Counted from the first letter of the whole stretch, positions 40,423 through 54,400 are shown. The stretch is 63,986 nt of DNA, filler included, from Lenisia limosa (GCA_001655205.1; 14 parts of 14 records of this genome joined end to end with filler, not necessarily neighbours in it), one strand, 5' to 3'. Notes: generated by a model not told the origin, from the sequence alone. Translations and numbers: made by a program.

Positions 40423-42981
40423 TTGCGCGTTGTCACGCTCAGCGCGCAATCTCGTGCTGCCATTTCATCGACGTCTGGCCTTTCGCAGTTCCAAGTGAGG
40501 CTTGGACTATTTTCACTTTCTCATTTTTGTGTAAATTATCACTTTTGATCGTTTGTTAGGACTCTGTGCAATTAATAGATTAATTTTGTCATAAAAACAA
40601 TTGCGAAAGACATAATTTTTGTGTTGTGTTATTCTCAACGTTTTACTTGAGGCTCTCCAACACTATGGCGTATTGACTTGGGATTCGCATGAAATTGGGG
40701 CTTCACTTTGGTTCGAAAAAAACTGCATTTCTCGATAAATCCTCGAAAACTATCGATATTTTACTGGTATTTTTCGAACCGAAGTGAAGCTCTGCATGTA
40801 GTATTTGGGAACCGCATAATTACATGGGAATCCCAACTTTTTCTTAAGAATCCCAAGGCGCTGTGGTTGATTGTTGAAGTGATACATCCTTCGCCCTGTT
40901 TATTATTTCCAGGTTCAATCAAGGTTGACTTCCTATTTCAAGCGCAAGTTCGAGGTACGAGGTTACCTCTAACACTCACTCTTTGACAATTACAGGCTAT
41001 ATTCTATTATTTATTTTGTATCATTTTGTTTACCTGATTGATTACGTCAGATACATAAGTAATATCAATGATCTTTCCTCAAGCGAACTGATTTGCTTAC
41101 GCTTAAGGAACTTAGGAGCCCAAAGATCGAAATTTAGGATAAATACTAGAGAAATATTGATATAGAATTAGTATGATAAATCCTCGATAAATATCAATAT
41201 TTTAACGAATTATGCGAGAAGTAATAAATTTCGATATTGTACCGTTTTTTGCCTTACGCCTCAGGTGGACCTTGTATGTGATGTTGTAAACGGAAGAGAC
41301 GTGTCCCTCCGTGCCACAGCTGCTGACCTTTTGTCAAGGTGGGGAGGAGGTCAAGCTGCTGACGAAACGGGGAGTTGATATTTGGTATTTATTTTGATGT
41401 GTTCTTTCGTATCCCTTGATTGTTTTATTTAGAAAATTCTTATTAAACCGAGGATATTTATTTCTCAAAAAGATGATATCTCATATTATAATCCAATATC
41501 ACTTTTAATAGTAGTGCTGTGGACACATTAGTGTTGATACCCCTGCTTATTCTTCCGTATCCCAAGATTTAATAATTCATTTTATGAAAAAGAAACTTTA
41601 TTCTCAAACCGATAAAACTTATTTCAATTTAGATGGAAGGCGCGTGGAGCTGGTGCGCAATTTCCGCTCATTGCATCCGCGTGTCCTGGTAGGAGGCTTT
41701 CTTCTGGAAATACACTACGGCGCTTTACTTATGTAGTATACACTACGGTACTTTGACCATACATTTTAGTAATTACATCAGAGAATTGGCGCCAACTTTT
41801 CGCCTGTTTATGACTGATATTGCAGCCAATCCACAAAGCAACTGACAACATAGGTGTTGTATGCTATGCTGAAAAGACCCATGGTGAAGCGATGGTCCCC
41901 CTGATTTCCGCTGCTAAATCGCCCCAACAAGTGGGTGGGGTGTAAGATACACTGGATTCCTTTTTATGAGATAATCAATAAAATTGCTTTGGCCAGATGC
42001 TGCCTTGTTTTATTGCTCATCCTAACATAAGATATTGGATAAGATCCAGGGGATACAACTAAAACACATAGCAATACCATAAAACAATTACACTTCCGCG
42101 CTGTAATTAGGGCTCATTTGAGACCACATAGCGTTGTCGATCCTTTGCGATCCTTTGTTGATTTATCATCACAATTGTATCATATCTGATGTCATATGCT
42201 GGTACATTTTTGGTTTCAGTATTACAATCATTTCATAAACGGGAGCATAGACGGCTTTGATGGTTTCTCCACCTAATTACCTTTCTCTACATATCACATT
42301 TCGAATTAATTCTCCCTGTAGATTATGGGCACTTTCATTAAGGACATCTATGCAGCATCCAAAGGACTGAAGTGAGCCTGGGGCATGGGATATGAGGACA
42401 GGTTTCTTAAGGTCCTAAAAGACCGAATCTCTCGATAATTGGTAGTACAGAAACTGTTAAGTGGTACTGTCATGGTACCAGGTCACATTTATATAATTTC
42501 AAAGAGATCGTAATAAACACAAAACAATGATAAGGTTTTGAATAGCCCTTTTGCCCACTTTGCTGTGGGATGCGGTGCTGCAGAGGCGATTGACTTGGCC
42601 TATGCTTTTTTTGTTTTGTTGTTATCAACCCTCTTGTGTTATCAACCAACAGAGTTGATTTGGGCTTTTTTTTTGTTTTATTTATTTTCTACTTTTACCC
42701 CCCCCCCCCTNNNNNNNNNNNNNNNNNNNNNNNNNNNNNNNNNNNNNNNNNNNNNNNNNNNNNNNNNNNNNNNNNNNNTTCGATTCTCTTTGAAGAATGC
42801 TCATATTTTTTGGACAGCTTTGGCCAGAGTGGCTCTTTTCCTTTTCCGTTTCGGTAAATTGTTAACGATTCACCAGGCCTCAAGAGGTGTATCATTGCAC
42901 AGTCATGCCTTGCTTTGACAAAAAGCTGGAGGCAAGCAGAAAGCAGCACCATACACATGAGGATGCCCGGACGGTGGACTG
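40423..42981 (+). CDS. NAR1: Cytosolic Fe-S assembly factor NAR1/CIAO3 (Fe-only hydrogenase-like), internal exons
   Basis: VVTLSAQSRAAI..|VQSRLTSYFKRKFE|VDLVCDV..|..PLIASACP|GVVCYAEKTHGE..LISAAKSPQQ|IMGTFIKD..|PQEVYHCTVMPCFDKKLEASR contains the family motifs CPG..CYAEK.HG, KSPQQIMG and VMPC.DKKLEA.R. Confidence 0.92.
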
Positions 42982-43588
42982 GTGGGGGTGTCAAGACACT
43001 TAAGCTGGGTGAATTAATATTATTATACTATAATCCAGTTTCTCTCATATATCACATGATATATTACATCTATGTATATCTGTAAAGGATACAATACTAT
43101 TCACATAACAGCTTAGTCTGTTGCCCACCGCTTAATAGACTTCGCTTGTATACTAATAATATATCGATAAGCAGTCATAGTGACCAGGATAGGTTTTGAC
43201 CGATTTGCTATGTTATTTCCCCAAGGAGAATAGGTCAAATAAGACTCATCTCGGTCATTGTATATGATATATCGAATTTACATACATGTATTATAATATT
43301 GACATACTATGTATGGTGAGGAGGCACGCAGAAAGCTGAGTGCACAGAGTTGTAAGGCAAATGATTGNNNNNNNNNNNNNNNNNNNNNNNNNNNNNNNNN
43401 NNNNNNNNNNNTTAATTAATTAANNNNNNNNNNNNNNNNNNNNNNNNNNNNNNNNNNNNNNNNNNNNCAAAATCAACTCTGTTGGCTGACAACACCCAAG
43501 GGTTGTTAACAACAAAACAAAAAAAAAAGCCCGGAATCAACTCTAGCAAAAAAGTACTCCCCCTCCCACCAGTTAATTTGTCCTTCAC

Positions 43589-45038
43589 ATGTCCTTCGGG
43601 GAAGAAGATGTCGTGCTCTTTGATAATCTGGGAGGTCAGAACAATCTTGGTATATTGGATGGAATTTCAAATTGCAAAAAAAGGAACTAAAATTGCAAAA
43701 AAGGAACTAAAATTGCAAAAAAAGGACTAAATTGCTTAAGTATCCTCGATAAATTTCGATTGCTACATTTGGACAGTAGGAAAACCAAACACTCTACCAC
43801 ACCACACGCAAATCACCTTCGTCACACCAACATACCAGGACTTGCCACATTTCCAACCCTCAGCGGCCAAGAACCAACATCCCTCCCCCACGCACCTTGC
43901 GACTTCCAGCGTCTCCAATGTAGATGACTGCATCCACATCAGGCAGCCAACGGGCCAATTCGTTGGCCCAATTCGAGACGGTCGACAACGGCACAACCTG
44001 AAGGGAATGAAGGCTGAAAAAATATATCTATGCCGCAGTTCAAAATTCTGGTTTTTTTTGGGTAATTCAACAAAACAAAAAAAAACAGAATTTTGAACGG
44101 CCATATTATCATATTCGATGACTGATGATGAAGCTCAATATCCGTTTCAAAAACAAATAAAACAAATACTTACAACAGAAATAAAAGAATAGAAACAATA
44201 CAACAATAAAAACATAATACTACAAAAAAAAAAGAACAATACAATTATAATCATAATAAAAAAAATAATTATCATAAAAACCGTCTTCCAAACAAGGCCT
44301 ACCAAGAGGAAGGGCCCCTTGACGTGGACAACGTGATAAAGCCATCCCAGCCACGCGCAGGATTGAATTGTTTTACCTGGGGGGGGGGGGAAGTAAAATT
44401 GGAAAATTTATGAAACAAAAAAAAAAGGCTAACAGGATTTTGATGATGAATGTCCAGAAACAGGAAAGAGGCATCACTTCGGTTCGAGAAAATATCGACA
44501 GTTTTCGAGGATTTATCGAGAAATGCAGTCTTTTTTCGAACCGAAGTGATACCCCTCCCACCAAGACCCATCTCGTCAGCCAAAATGCAGTTACGTCCCT
44601 CTGTCCAATTGTGTGCCAGCCAATTCACTCCGACTCCCTAAATGCAGTTAGTAATCGAAGTGATGTAAGTACTTTTCATATATCATATTAAATAAATCTA
44701 CTAGGGCAACAAAATGAATACATCAAATGCTGTAGTAATGGATAAGGAGCAATACCCCCCCCCCACCTGGTAATCTCTTAAGGATCCTCCGCCGTGAAGC
44801 CAGGAAGGCTGTAATGAGTTGACCTTGATCTGTGGAAGGTCAGAGAATTATTGAATATTTCATATAACTAATATACGTGAATGTATGTACATGTATGTAG
44901 AGGGAAGTGTAATATCTAGCCGAAGCCGTCTACACCATCACGCACGCCTATTAGAGATATTGGATAATATTGTATTTGTCTTTATGCCAACCTGGGCTGG
45001 GCGATCTCGCTTGTTCCAGAAAGCTTGTGTGCGTGTAC
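43589..45038 (-). CDS. CHD-family (CHD1/2-like) SNF2 chromatin remodeller, N-terminal ATPase lobe fragment
   Basis: [15 protein letters not shown]|[25 protein letters not shown]|[25 protein letters not shown]|[34 protein letters not shown]|IIKEHDIFF. Confidence 0.9.
43670..43732 (+). repeat. 20-bp tandem repeat x3
   Basis: AAATTGCAAAAAAAGGAACT units. Confidence 0.8.
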
Positions 45039-45219
45039 CTGGGGTATCAGAGCAACAATGAACATGTCTAAGAACTCCAAAGATTGGCAATTACGCAAAA
45101 TATGACCTCTTATGCACNNNNNNNNNNNNNNNNNNNNNNNNNNNNNNNNNNNNNNNNNNNNTTAATTAATTAANNNNNNNNNNNNNNNNNNNNNNNNNNN
45201 NNNNNNNNNNNNNNNNNTC

Positions 45220-48200
45220 ACCCTTTTGGCTGCATCAATAAGTGTTTCACTATCTGTGGTATCTTTGACGGCCAAAAAGTATAGTGAGCTTCTGGAAACC
45301 GAAATTCCATTTTTTACCTGCTCTATTGCTGATATGGATGGTGTTCAATCTGACCCTTCAGTTGAGGCAGTCTTCAAATGGGCAGCTTCAGCTCCGAAGG
45401 TCTGCTTAGAATGGTGATCAACCATCAACAAACTTCACCTGTATTATTGTGATTATTTCTTGTGATTAAAGAAAACTATGATGTAACTGAAACTGGGATT
45501 GATTTTGTGTTATGTTCTTACTGCATGATAAATAGTGATCCACTGTGTTATACGCCAGGTTTTAGCCCTGGGCTACTTAGCAGCGGCATATGTCATGGCT
45601 CTGACCCTGGGGTTTCTGGCGTTCACATACGACTCCGATAACGACTATTCCCCAGTGATGAGGTCTGTTTGTCCTTTTGTAATTCGAATGGGATTTCGCA
45701 TCCATTCCCTTTGTTTCCTTTTTGAAATGAAACTTTAACGTTAGTTTCTACCATCAAACGTCCGGTCAGTACATGCTTATCTTATCCCACAGGTCACTCT
45801 TCGGTTTTGCTGCGGTTGCATCTCTACTGGGGCCTTTTCTCATCTTCCCACCTACAAAACCCATGGCCATCAAGAAAGAAAGGTGTGTTAACTGAAGTGA
45901 TGTGAAAGAGCTGTCAACATTTCAACTGTCTTTTTTGTTCTTATCCGGCGGGCAAACCTCACAAACCGCCCCCCTCAGTTTCTTCAAGAAGATGGTCCGA
46001 GGCTCTCAGAAGAAGGAAACACGCTACACTGCTTTCGCTATTTTCTGTCTTATCACGGTCCTTCAGCGTGAGTTTGTTTGTTGATATTAGGGCTCATCCG
46101 TTTTCAATATGACACTTCAGTTTGTGTTGTTGGAGCTCTTTTCTACGTAATGAACGATATGAGTGTGGATCAAAAGACCAAAATCGGCGTGTGTATAAGG
46201 TATTCACCAGAACAAAGACTAATTGTGCACTTTTGTTATGGTGTTTCTTATTAGGATTTTCCTTTCGCAATTCGACCTTACCTTCAGCTACACCCTGGTT
46301 GCCCTGTTCTACCTCGTTGTTTTTTACTCTGTGATGCTTCAAAAAGTCGGTGGTTCAACTGTGTGTATCCATATCGTAACATATGTTATATACTATATGA
46401 TATGCATTGTAAAATACATGTTTTAAATTGGCTGTTTTCACCCACAATTAATATAGCCGTAAAAAAAACAAGGGTTTTGTTTTTGTTTTGCTCAATGACG
46501 TTTAGGCGGTCGTTATCAATGGGGTGAACCTGAGGGATGAAATTGCTCGTGGAATGCGCATTTTTGGGTGGAGTCCTTTGGCAGCAAGTTTGAGGGGGGG
46601 GGTAAAACGAAGGAAATTTCGATGAAGAANNNNNNNNNNNNNNNNNNNNNNNNNNNNNNNNNNNNNNNNNNNNNNNNNNNNNNNNNNNNNNNNNNNNNNN
46701 NNNNNNNNNNNNNNNNNNNNNNNNNNNNNNNNNNNNNNCAACGCTAAAACTAGAAAAAAGCCAGATGACAAAAACACAATAACAAAAACAAGCCTGAGTC
46801 AGCCTTTGAAGAGTCGCACCACCGCTCTATCACGCAAACGTACCTGTAAGGCGTTAAAAAAGTAACGGAAATGTTAAAAAAAATCCGACTTATTAACGGT
46901 CACAACCCAATCATAACCCTTAGAGCCGTTCCAAGCTGGATGGACAGAGGGGGGGATCAGTTTTTTTTTAATAAAATAGGTATAATATATCTTGATCATG
47001 TGTAATATGTGCAATGTTTTAATCCATTATCCTTGCTCATCAGTTCAGAGTTCTATGTTCATGTTTACGTTACTTATTTCTCGCTGTCAATTCTCGGAAG
47101 CCTTGTCTATGTTGTTCTTCTGTTCCTCCGAAGCTTGACTGCGGGTTTGTCAGCGTGTTATTGTTTACTTACCCCTGTAGGCACAGCTTTGTCTATTTCA
47201 GGCCTGCTGCTCAACCTGATTGTCATTGCTGTCTTCGCGGTTTTCATCCTCAACGTAGCCTTCAACCCAATCCAAGTGACCGATGTGGGGCAATTTATGA
47301 GTATTGTTGGTTTAAAAATATAGTGGTTGAAAGTGCGTGGCTGACCAATTCTTAGGTGGTGACGACCTCAGGTGAAGTGGTCAAACTGTCAAGTATTAAG
47401 GCGGCTGCGGCATTTAGGAACTCCGACCGAATGGTTGGAACCTAGGACTGTACTAATGCAATTTCTTTGGGAGAATTCTCAAGAAAAACTTGATTTGCTT
47501 GGTTCCAATTTGCTATATTTTGATTATTGTCTTTTGAGATGAACCTTATTATCTTAGGCGCTCTTTTCGCACCACAAACCTGGTCCGGACGAATCATTAA
47601 TCCGGGCTTCCTTGGCCAAAGTGTCGGAAACATGCGATATCATTCCGCAGACTTCTTATGTCCATGAGGCAACTTGGGGGAAAATATTCCAGGTTTGGTC
47701 AGGGTTGCTTCTCTCAATAGCTAACAACAATAGGAGACTACTTTGCGCCTCTTTACTCTCATTGCCACCAATGAAAAGTTTACTCCAAATATGGCGTCTC
47801 TGGCTGCTTCAAAGTATGATAATGGAGCCCGAACTGTCTATTGTCACCTTAGGTTCACCCCCCTAGTATTCATGAGACTATTGACAGAGTGTTGGACACT
47901 GGACGAACCGGACTGATCAACGAATGTTCGGACTTCGAATCGCTCCAGGCGTTTTGCTGGCAGGATAGCATGACGGAGACGTTCGTCTGAGGGGGCTCCA
48001 TTGACTCGAATAGTACTCGATATGCCTTTAACCTTTTAGACAGACATGGTGAGCCGCATTGACTTCAGCACCCCTGATATTGAGGACGAGGCTGAAAAGC
48101 AGGTTCTTGCCCGAACAGTTAGCTGCGTTTCCTCTATCTCCAGCTCTTGGCCTTTTTCACCCAGTCCTATTCCCAAAAAAGACCAGTCGATAAATCCTTT

Positions 48201-49114
48201 CCGATATTTCAGCGGTCTTGTTTGGAAGTGACCGTCAACGCTAACATCGCAGCACCATACGGACGTTCTCAGAGACGTGATTCCCGTGCTGGATGAAATT
48301 CACATGAGCCCTGACCTCTACACCACACTAGCACAGTTGACCTGCCCCATGTATGTGGAAAGGGAGAGGAACAAAGCTCAATCTCATCTCTTTCCTCAAT
48401 CTCATCTCATTTTCCTCTTTAGTGAGAAGCCCATTCCTACACCGCCTCCGTATCAGGAGTAAGAGGTGGATGTGCAGGATTGTAAAACATGAGATTGCTT
48501 ATTTTCCTCACGCAACCTTCAGAAAAATAGAACCCTGGCTTGTCAGACACCCGCCTCCTAAAAGCCGAAGAGGGGGACTTCTCCAGTCCATTACTGGTTC
48601 GTCAAAGTCTTCTTGGTGATGTGAAGCCATGTCCATATAACAGTGTAGCGGGCCGTAGTTTGAGGACAGCCGACTCGCCTCCTTCGCGCCAGCACGCTCG
48701 AGGCCGAGGACGCGGTGCACCTATGCCGATGCGAAAAGGAGGTTTGCGTCGCTTTTACACTACTTGCATCTTTATTTCTTTTGTCGCGGGTATTCATATT
48801 TGTTTGACCAAGTAGCAGCACGAGGAGCGCCAATGCCACCGCGTGGGTTAGATAATATTCCTTTGGCTTCTTCGGTATCAAAGCAGGCATTTTAGTTTTT
48901 GCCAGAATTACCCATTTGATCTGACCGCCCAGCCGCCAGAGCGCCCATGTCCCCTCCTGGAATGCCTATGGCTCCTCCGCCACCCGGGGCCGCCCCTCCG
49001 CTGAGTAAGCTTCGGCTCAATTACCATCTTGTAGACTTGAAGATTCACACCTTAGTTGGTGGTGCTCCACCCCCACCCCCACCATGTGCACCCATGCCAC
49101 AAGCATCTGAAATG
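45220..49114 (+). CDS. Multi-pass membrane protein region followed by a helical segment and a poly-proline tail (one or two genes; truncated both ends)
   Basis: Hydrophobic exons VLALGYLAAAYVMALTLGFLAF, YTAFAIFCLITVLQ, FSYTLVALFYLVVFYSVML, GLLLNLIVIAVFAVFILNVAF; then TDMVSRIDFSTPDIEDEAEKQVLART, HHTDVLRDVIPVLDEIH; then RGRGRGAPMPM..MSPPGMPMAPPPPGAAPP..GGAPPPPPPCAPMP. Confidence 0.55.
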
Positions 49115-49214
49115 NNNNNNNNNNNNNNNNNNNNNNNNNNNNNNNNNNNNNNNNNNNNTTAATTAATTAANNNNNNNNNNNNNNNNNNNNNNNNNNNNNN
49201 NNNNNNNNNNNNNN

Positions 49215-50930
49215 ACGGGGGAGTGCTCAAGTTCACGGCCAAATACGCTGATTTCCTCATCATCCTGCGTGTCTTGCGATTCTTCACCCTATTTTGTAAG
49301 TTCCTGTATAAAGGAAATTTTGGATCCATAACATATAGACTGAGTTTCAAGAAAAATACAAAAAATCGAAGCCAAATCTGTTTCTGCAACATGTAATGCC
49401 AAAACAGCCCTGGCGTTGTTCTCTCACCTGCACAGGGGCAATGTGTCGGGCCCCCTCCATATCGGAGAGAATGGCCTTCATAGACCGTTTTCGGTTTCGC
49501 CGAGTTCGTGGCGGGCTGTCTATTCCTTGAAGGTTAGGTCCTAAAAATGTACTCCTCTCAAAATAGTACCATCAGAGCAAAAAAGAATGATAAATGCACG
49601 ATTAAAATATCACAAGGTAAATCTTTGGTTAGTAAATATCTGAAACGGTCATCATCGCACTTCATATCAGCGCATTGGCAGAAAAATTGAATCCAAAAGT
49701 GCAGATAATCATTGCGCCGCTATGGCCCCATAATCAAGTAAGCGTCTACCCCACGTACTGTCACTAGCATAAGGGAACGTAGGGTCCATACTTGCTTGAG
49801 GGGATAGTGGGGGTGACCTGGTGGGTGGTGTGATGACAATTAGCAGTGATTCACAGTACAGCTTTCAAGGCAAAAGCTGTTCCATAAAAACTGAAGGTCA
49901 ATTGATAGAGAAGTACTTGGTAAAAACTGTTAGTACATGTGGTAATATTATCACTGTTGTCAAGGAAAGCGAACTGATAATACAAAATAAGTTAAATGAG
50001 GTAAATTACATCTATCAGCTCATTTAAACATATTAACTGTAGTTACTCAAATCACAAGACAAGAAGCCGCGAAAGCCCCCTCACCCGTCTTCTCTCTCGT
50101 ATTCCGAGTCTTTACGCTTGACCCGAGAGTGTGGCAGAGCAGGTCGCGGCTTAGGGCCGGGTTTGTTACGCTTCACAAAGACGCATTCTGGGGAGGGGTG
50201 ACTGGCTTCTCTAACGCCGATATGATTATTGATCGAATATAATGAAAGAATGTTGGGGGAACATACTCATCTAGAGCCATATATATTCCGTTATACTATG
50301 TATCCAATAACACACGCAGAATGGTAATATTAAATATGCATATGATATGGTTTATAGTGTAGTGATTTCCAAAAGCCCCATCCACTCAGAGACCCGAGAG
50401 CGCCAATGATAGTAACTGAGACCCGAGCACCGATGTTAGTATTTACATATATATTTTAACTGAAAACAAAAAAAAGTGGGGGTATGAAGACTATCTGGGG
50501 TGATTTCAAGCTAATTTAAACTGGAAAAATAGATAATTAAGGTAGAAGCTTCTTTAAATCTCTAAGAACTCTCCAAGGGTTTATGCCACCATTCTTGGAA
50601 ATTGGATTGACAACTGAATTCGAACACCTGGCAGGGAAGGCCCCTCTTGAACTCCACATCACAGCCATACTCACTTTCTCCTGTTTGTTCACATCTCCAA
50701 CAGACGGGCGGTCCACTGGGAGGGTGAAGGGCGAGAGGTGGGAACAACTCTTGATACAACCTGTTCCGATCATACCTGCAGGCAAGTTTTCTCTGGCGAC
50801 ACGAGGTACACGCCAATTTCCCAACCGTTCGGCTTAAACGTCGCTTGTCAGGCATCTAGGAGGAGTGAGGGTGGAGGGAGCAAGGCAGAAATGAAGGATC
50901 TCAAAATAACAGAGCCCTCACCTTGGGCAT
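49215..50930 (-). CDS. Gal4-type Zn(II)2Cys6 binuclear cluster transcription factor (3' truncated)
   Basis: MPK|MPDKRRLSRTVGKLACTSCRQRKLACS|GPPVCWRCEQTGEK|CVFVKRNKPGPKPR gives C-x2-C-x6-C-x5-C-x2-C-x6-C across two introns. Downstream exons stay in frame to the contig edge. Confidence 0.9.
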
Positions 50931-51436
50931 TTTGCCCACGTTTTGCGCGGATTTATCTTAACTGAGACGAAATAGGAGTTTACCGATGAGTATTGATCGT
51001 ATTTGTGGTTTTTTTGCTCGATTTTTCATCAAATGTCACCAGGAGTGTTTATATATAAACCAAATGACAAAACAGCGACAAGCTTTGGGGCTCAAAGAAT
51101 ACCCGTGATAAACCATTATATAAAATACGATAACTGTGAAGTTTAGTTTCGCAAGAGAGCGCCTAGGTCTTCGTGATCCTGTGCACTAACAAACCCCCCA
51201 ACCCTCTTTTCATTTAGAATATGGTTATAGTGTAAAATAAGTGATGAATTGAGGAGAAGTATTGTAAATAGGATCTTCCCGCGGCCCTGAGCATATCAAA
51301 TATCTTAGGTAAGGTTCATCATGGGTGAGGAATTCAAATACTCCTTGGCGATCCAATACATGTGTAGTAAATATATTATTCGTATGATTGTATTTAACTG
51401 GGCAGTCTTAATTGTATTTTGAAGTTATCATACCAG

Positions 51437-54400
51437 GGTCTCCTGACGATGTCGTTGGCAACGTCCCTCAACAACCTGGGGTCGCGCATCAAGCGGTATC
51501 AGCCGACAAACCAAACCTTCAGTTCGCAGAATGTGCCGTTTGAGGAGGCTTTGGCCCAGAAGCGATTCTTCATGAAGAAGAGGAGACAGCCGACGTGGGG
51601 GGGGTCTTTGGTTTTTATAGTAATGGGAAATAAAAAAATAGGATTGTATCTGGCCGAAGCCGNNNNNNNNNNNNNNNNNNNNNNNNNNNNNNNNNNNNNN
51701 NNNNNNNNNNNCGCCTTACAACTCTGTTCGCACAGCTTTCAATGTTTGTTCTGACTTTGATATAAGTTTTTCTTAAAATATTTTGATAGACTCGCTGGAT
51801 ATTGTCTTGGGCGTCAGTGGTCTGAACCAGATGGTATAATATCGATATCTTTCGGGCATTCATTGTAAAGCATCTCTTTTTTGTGAACCTGAAATTAAAT
51901 TGAAGGTCCAATTCTTAGTTTTATCTGAACATATTTAGCAAAGCAGCAGTTAGATTTCTCATTCATTATGAGTGTAATTAACCAGGCAAAGGCATTATTG
52001 TGAAGCTTACTTTTCCAGTTTTCGTCGTTTCCATGAGCCTGCGTCTACGCCTGAACTGTCATTCAGGTTGGTCACAAATTGTTCTTTTTCAACATACTCA
52101 AGACGAAGCTATTCAATCCCCTTATTTGTATTATGTCCATACACTGCCCGAGATTACTTTGGACACAAATGTTGAATGTACAAATGTATGTATTTGAACA
52201 AGGTGCATATAGAATAAATCATATATTTCCTTCACATAGCCAGACTTATGACGACGTTTTCGGAGATCGTTGATGCTCTCCGTCGAAGAGACTTTATCCA
52301 TGCCGCCGCGCTTGTGGCAGAGATGCCCATCAACCCCCATCCGGTGAGATTGCTTGAGTCATTTAGCATTTGTGTTATGGTGTCATTATATCAATTTGCA
52401 GTTTCCCTTTCCGACCATTGTTGTCAAGGCACTTTTGATTTAGTGCATTGATTCTTGTTACCCCAGCCATTTCACACTAGACTATCTTGTCAACCTTCAC
52501 ATGACCTCCTTCCCTCAGAACCATAAGCAGTTGGACGTTTTGAACCGTTCCAGCCTCCGTGCATATGATGTGGTGTGGCAGTTGATGCTTGCCTGCTTGC
52601 GCGGCGTGGAGGAGATGTCTTTGAGAGTTGGCGGGTTAATATTAAACAAAAGGATTCGTAACTGAGCGTGACTTGTGTGGTTTAGATTACTGTAATAAAT
52701 GTAATAATTATTGAAATAAGAGAACAAGAGTTATGATTATCATGCAGACCATCATCTTAGTTATATTCTTGTAAAAAGTGCCGCAAGTTTGTGTTCGAGT
52801 GACGCTATTCTGGAACTGTAACTCGCTTTAAATCAAATAGTCTCTGGACATTGTATGATTGTTTTTGGAATGACAATCTGTCATATTGGAAAATACAATA
52901 ACACGGTTACTCTATTCATATAGTATCATTCAGTCACCCGTTCATCCATGTGGGGGTGAGCCTGCGCTAATGGTTCCAGGGCCCTCTGTCCACGGCGTTA
53001 CCGGACGTACTTCGAGGCCCCCACAGCAGAACACGAATGAACGAAGCCATCCAAACACAACACCGCAAAGAAGCTCTCCAAGAACAACAGAGACAAGAAG
53101 CAGCGGAGTCTAAGGATGACGACATGGATGGGCCTTCATTCAGTCAAGACGAGACTCTCGATATTGAGGAAACAGATGAGCCCAAAACAGCCAAGAATGA
53201 TGATAGTCCCCATAGCAAAGATAAATACAAAGTGAAGCGTGGCAAGTTTCAATCTTTCGGATGTATGTAGGGGTTTGGCCATTCTCTCGTAACGTTTTGA
53301 TACTTTTCGAAATTGTTTTTTTGACTTTCTTATTCGGTTGTACTTTGCCCATACATGTAATCTGAATTTTGAATCATAAAGTCTTTTTTTGACTTTTTAG
53401 GGCGCAGATGCAAGTAAGACGGCTGTCCTCACAAAATGTATAATATTTTATGGGTGTTGTTTGAAACCAAATAAGAACAAATGGACATGTTTCTCTTCGT
53501 GTTCTCCTTTTAGGAATTGTGTTAACATTGTGTTTTGTTTTCAGAACCCAATACGAGATATAATTCCTGATCTTTAAGGGCAATCTTTGTTCCCCTACCT
53601 GCCTTCTTTTAAAATGCATTTCATTACATGTATCATCTGTACCATTTCGTCTTCCTCCAGTAACCTACATTTGACCGCCCATTACCCATCACATGACAAT
53701 CCAGGATTAAATTGCCGCACTGCAACCACCGGCTTTGTAGCGCTGTACCACCACCGACCGAAAAGACCGAGGTGAAGCTAAGATGGGATCATATTCCTCT
53801 CGGAGCTGTTGAGCCTGATGCTCGAGCCTTTATTAAAGGTACGGGGTGCTTTGATGATTGTTAAGTTGAGGTTATTCACTTTTATTGTGATTCATTTATC
53901 ACTATAAATTCACCCAACAGGCAAGTATCGACCAGACTTCGGGTTGACTTTTGAGAACTATGACGGACCCCATGTAGCAGAATGCAAAGATATCCCCCCT
54001 TCTGCCCCAACAATAGCAGGATTGGAGCAGATTCAACGCAGTGAACAAGAGCAACTGGAGCCGTCGTCTCAGATTCCATCTTTGCCTGACTCGTTAGACC
54101 CTGACCTTTTGGGTTCTCAATTCCCCCGTTCCAATACACAGCACTCTCAATTCCCCCGTTCCAATACACAGCTCTCTCAAGATCCCAGACTGGAACTGCC
54201 TTCCCTCCCCACCATGCCTTCTCTACCTTCCATACCTTCAATGCCATCGCTCCCATTCCAACCCCCCATTTCGTCTCTTCAGTCAGAAGCGCTCTTCACC
54301 CCTCTCCCATCCCAACAGCAAGCGCCACACGACCTTGAGCCTCACCATGAGGACATGCCACCTGCTGACGAGGACCTTGATATTGAGGAATCACAGGATC

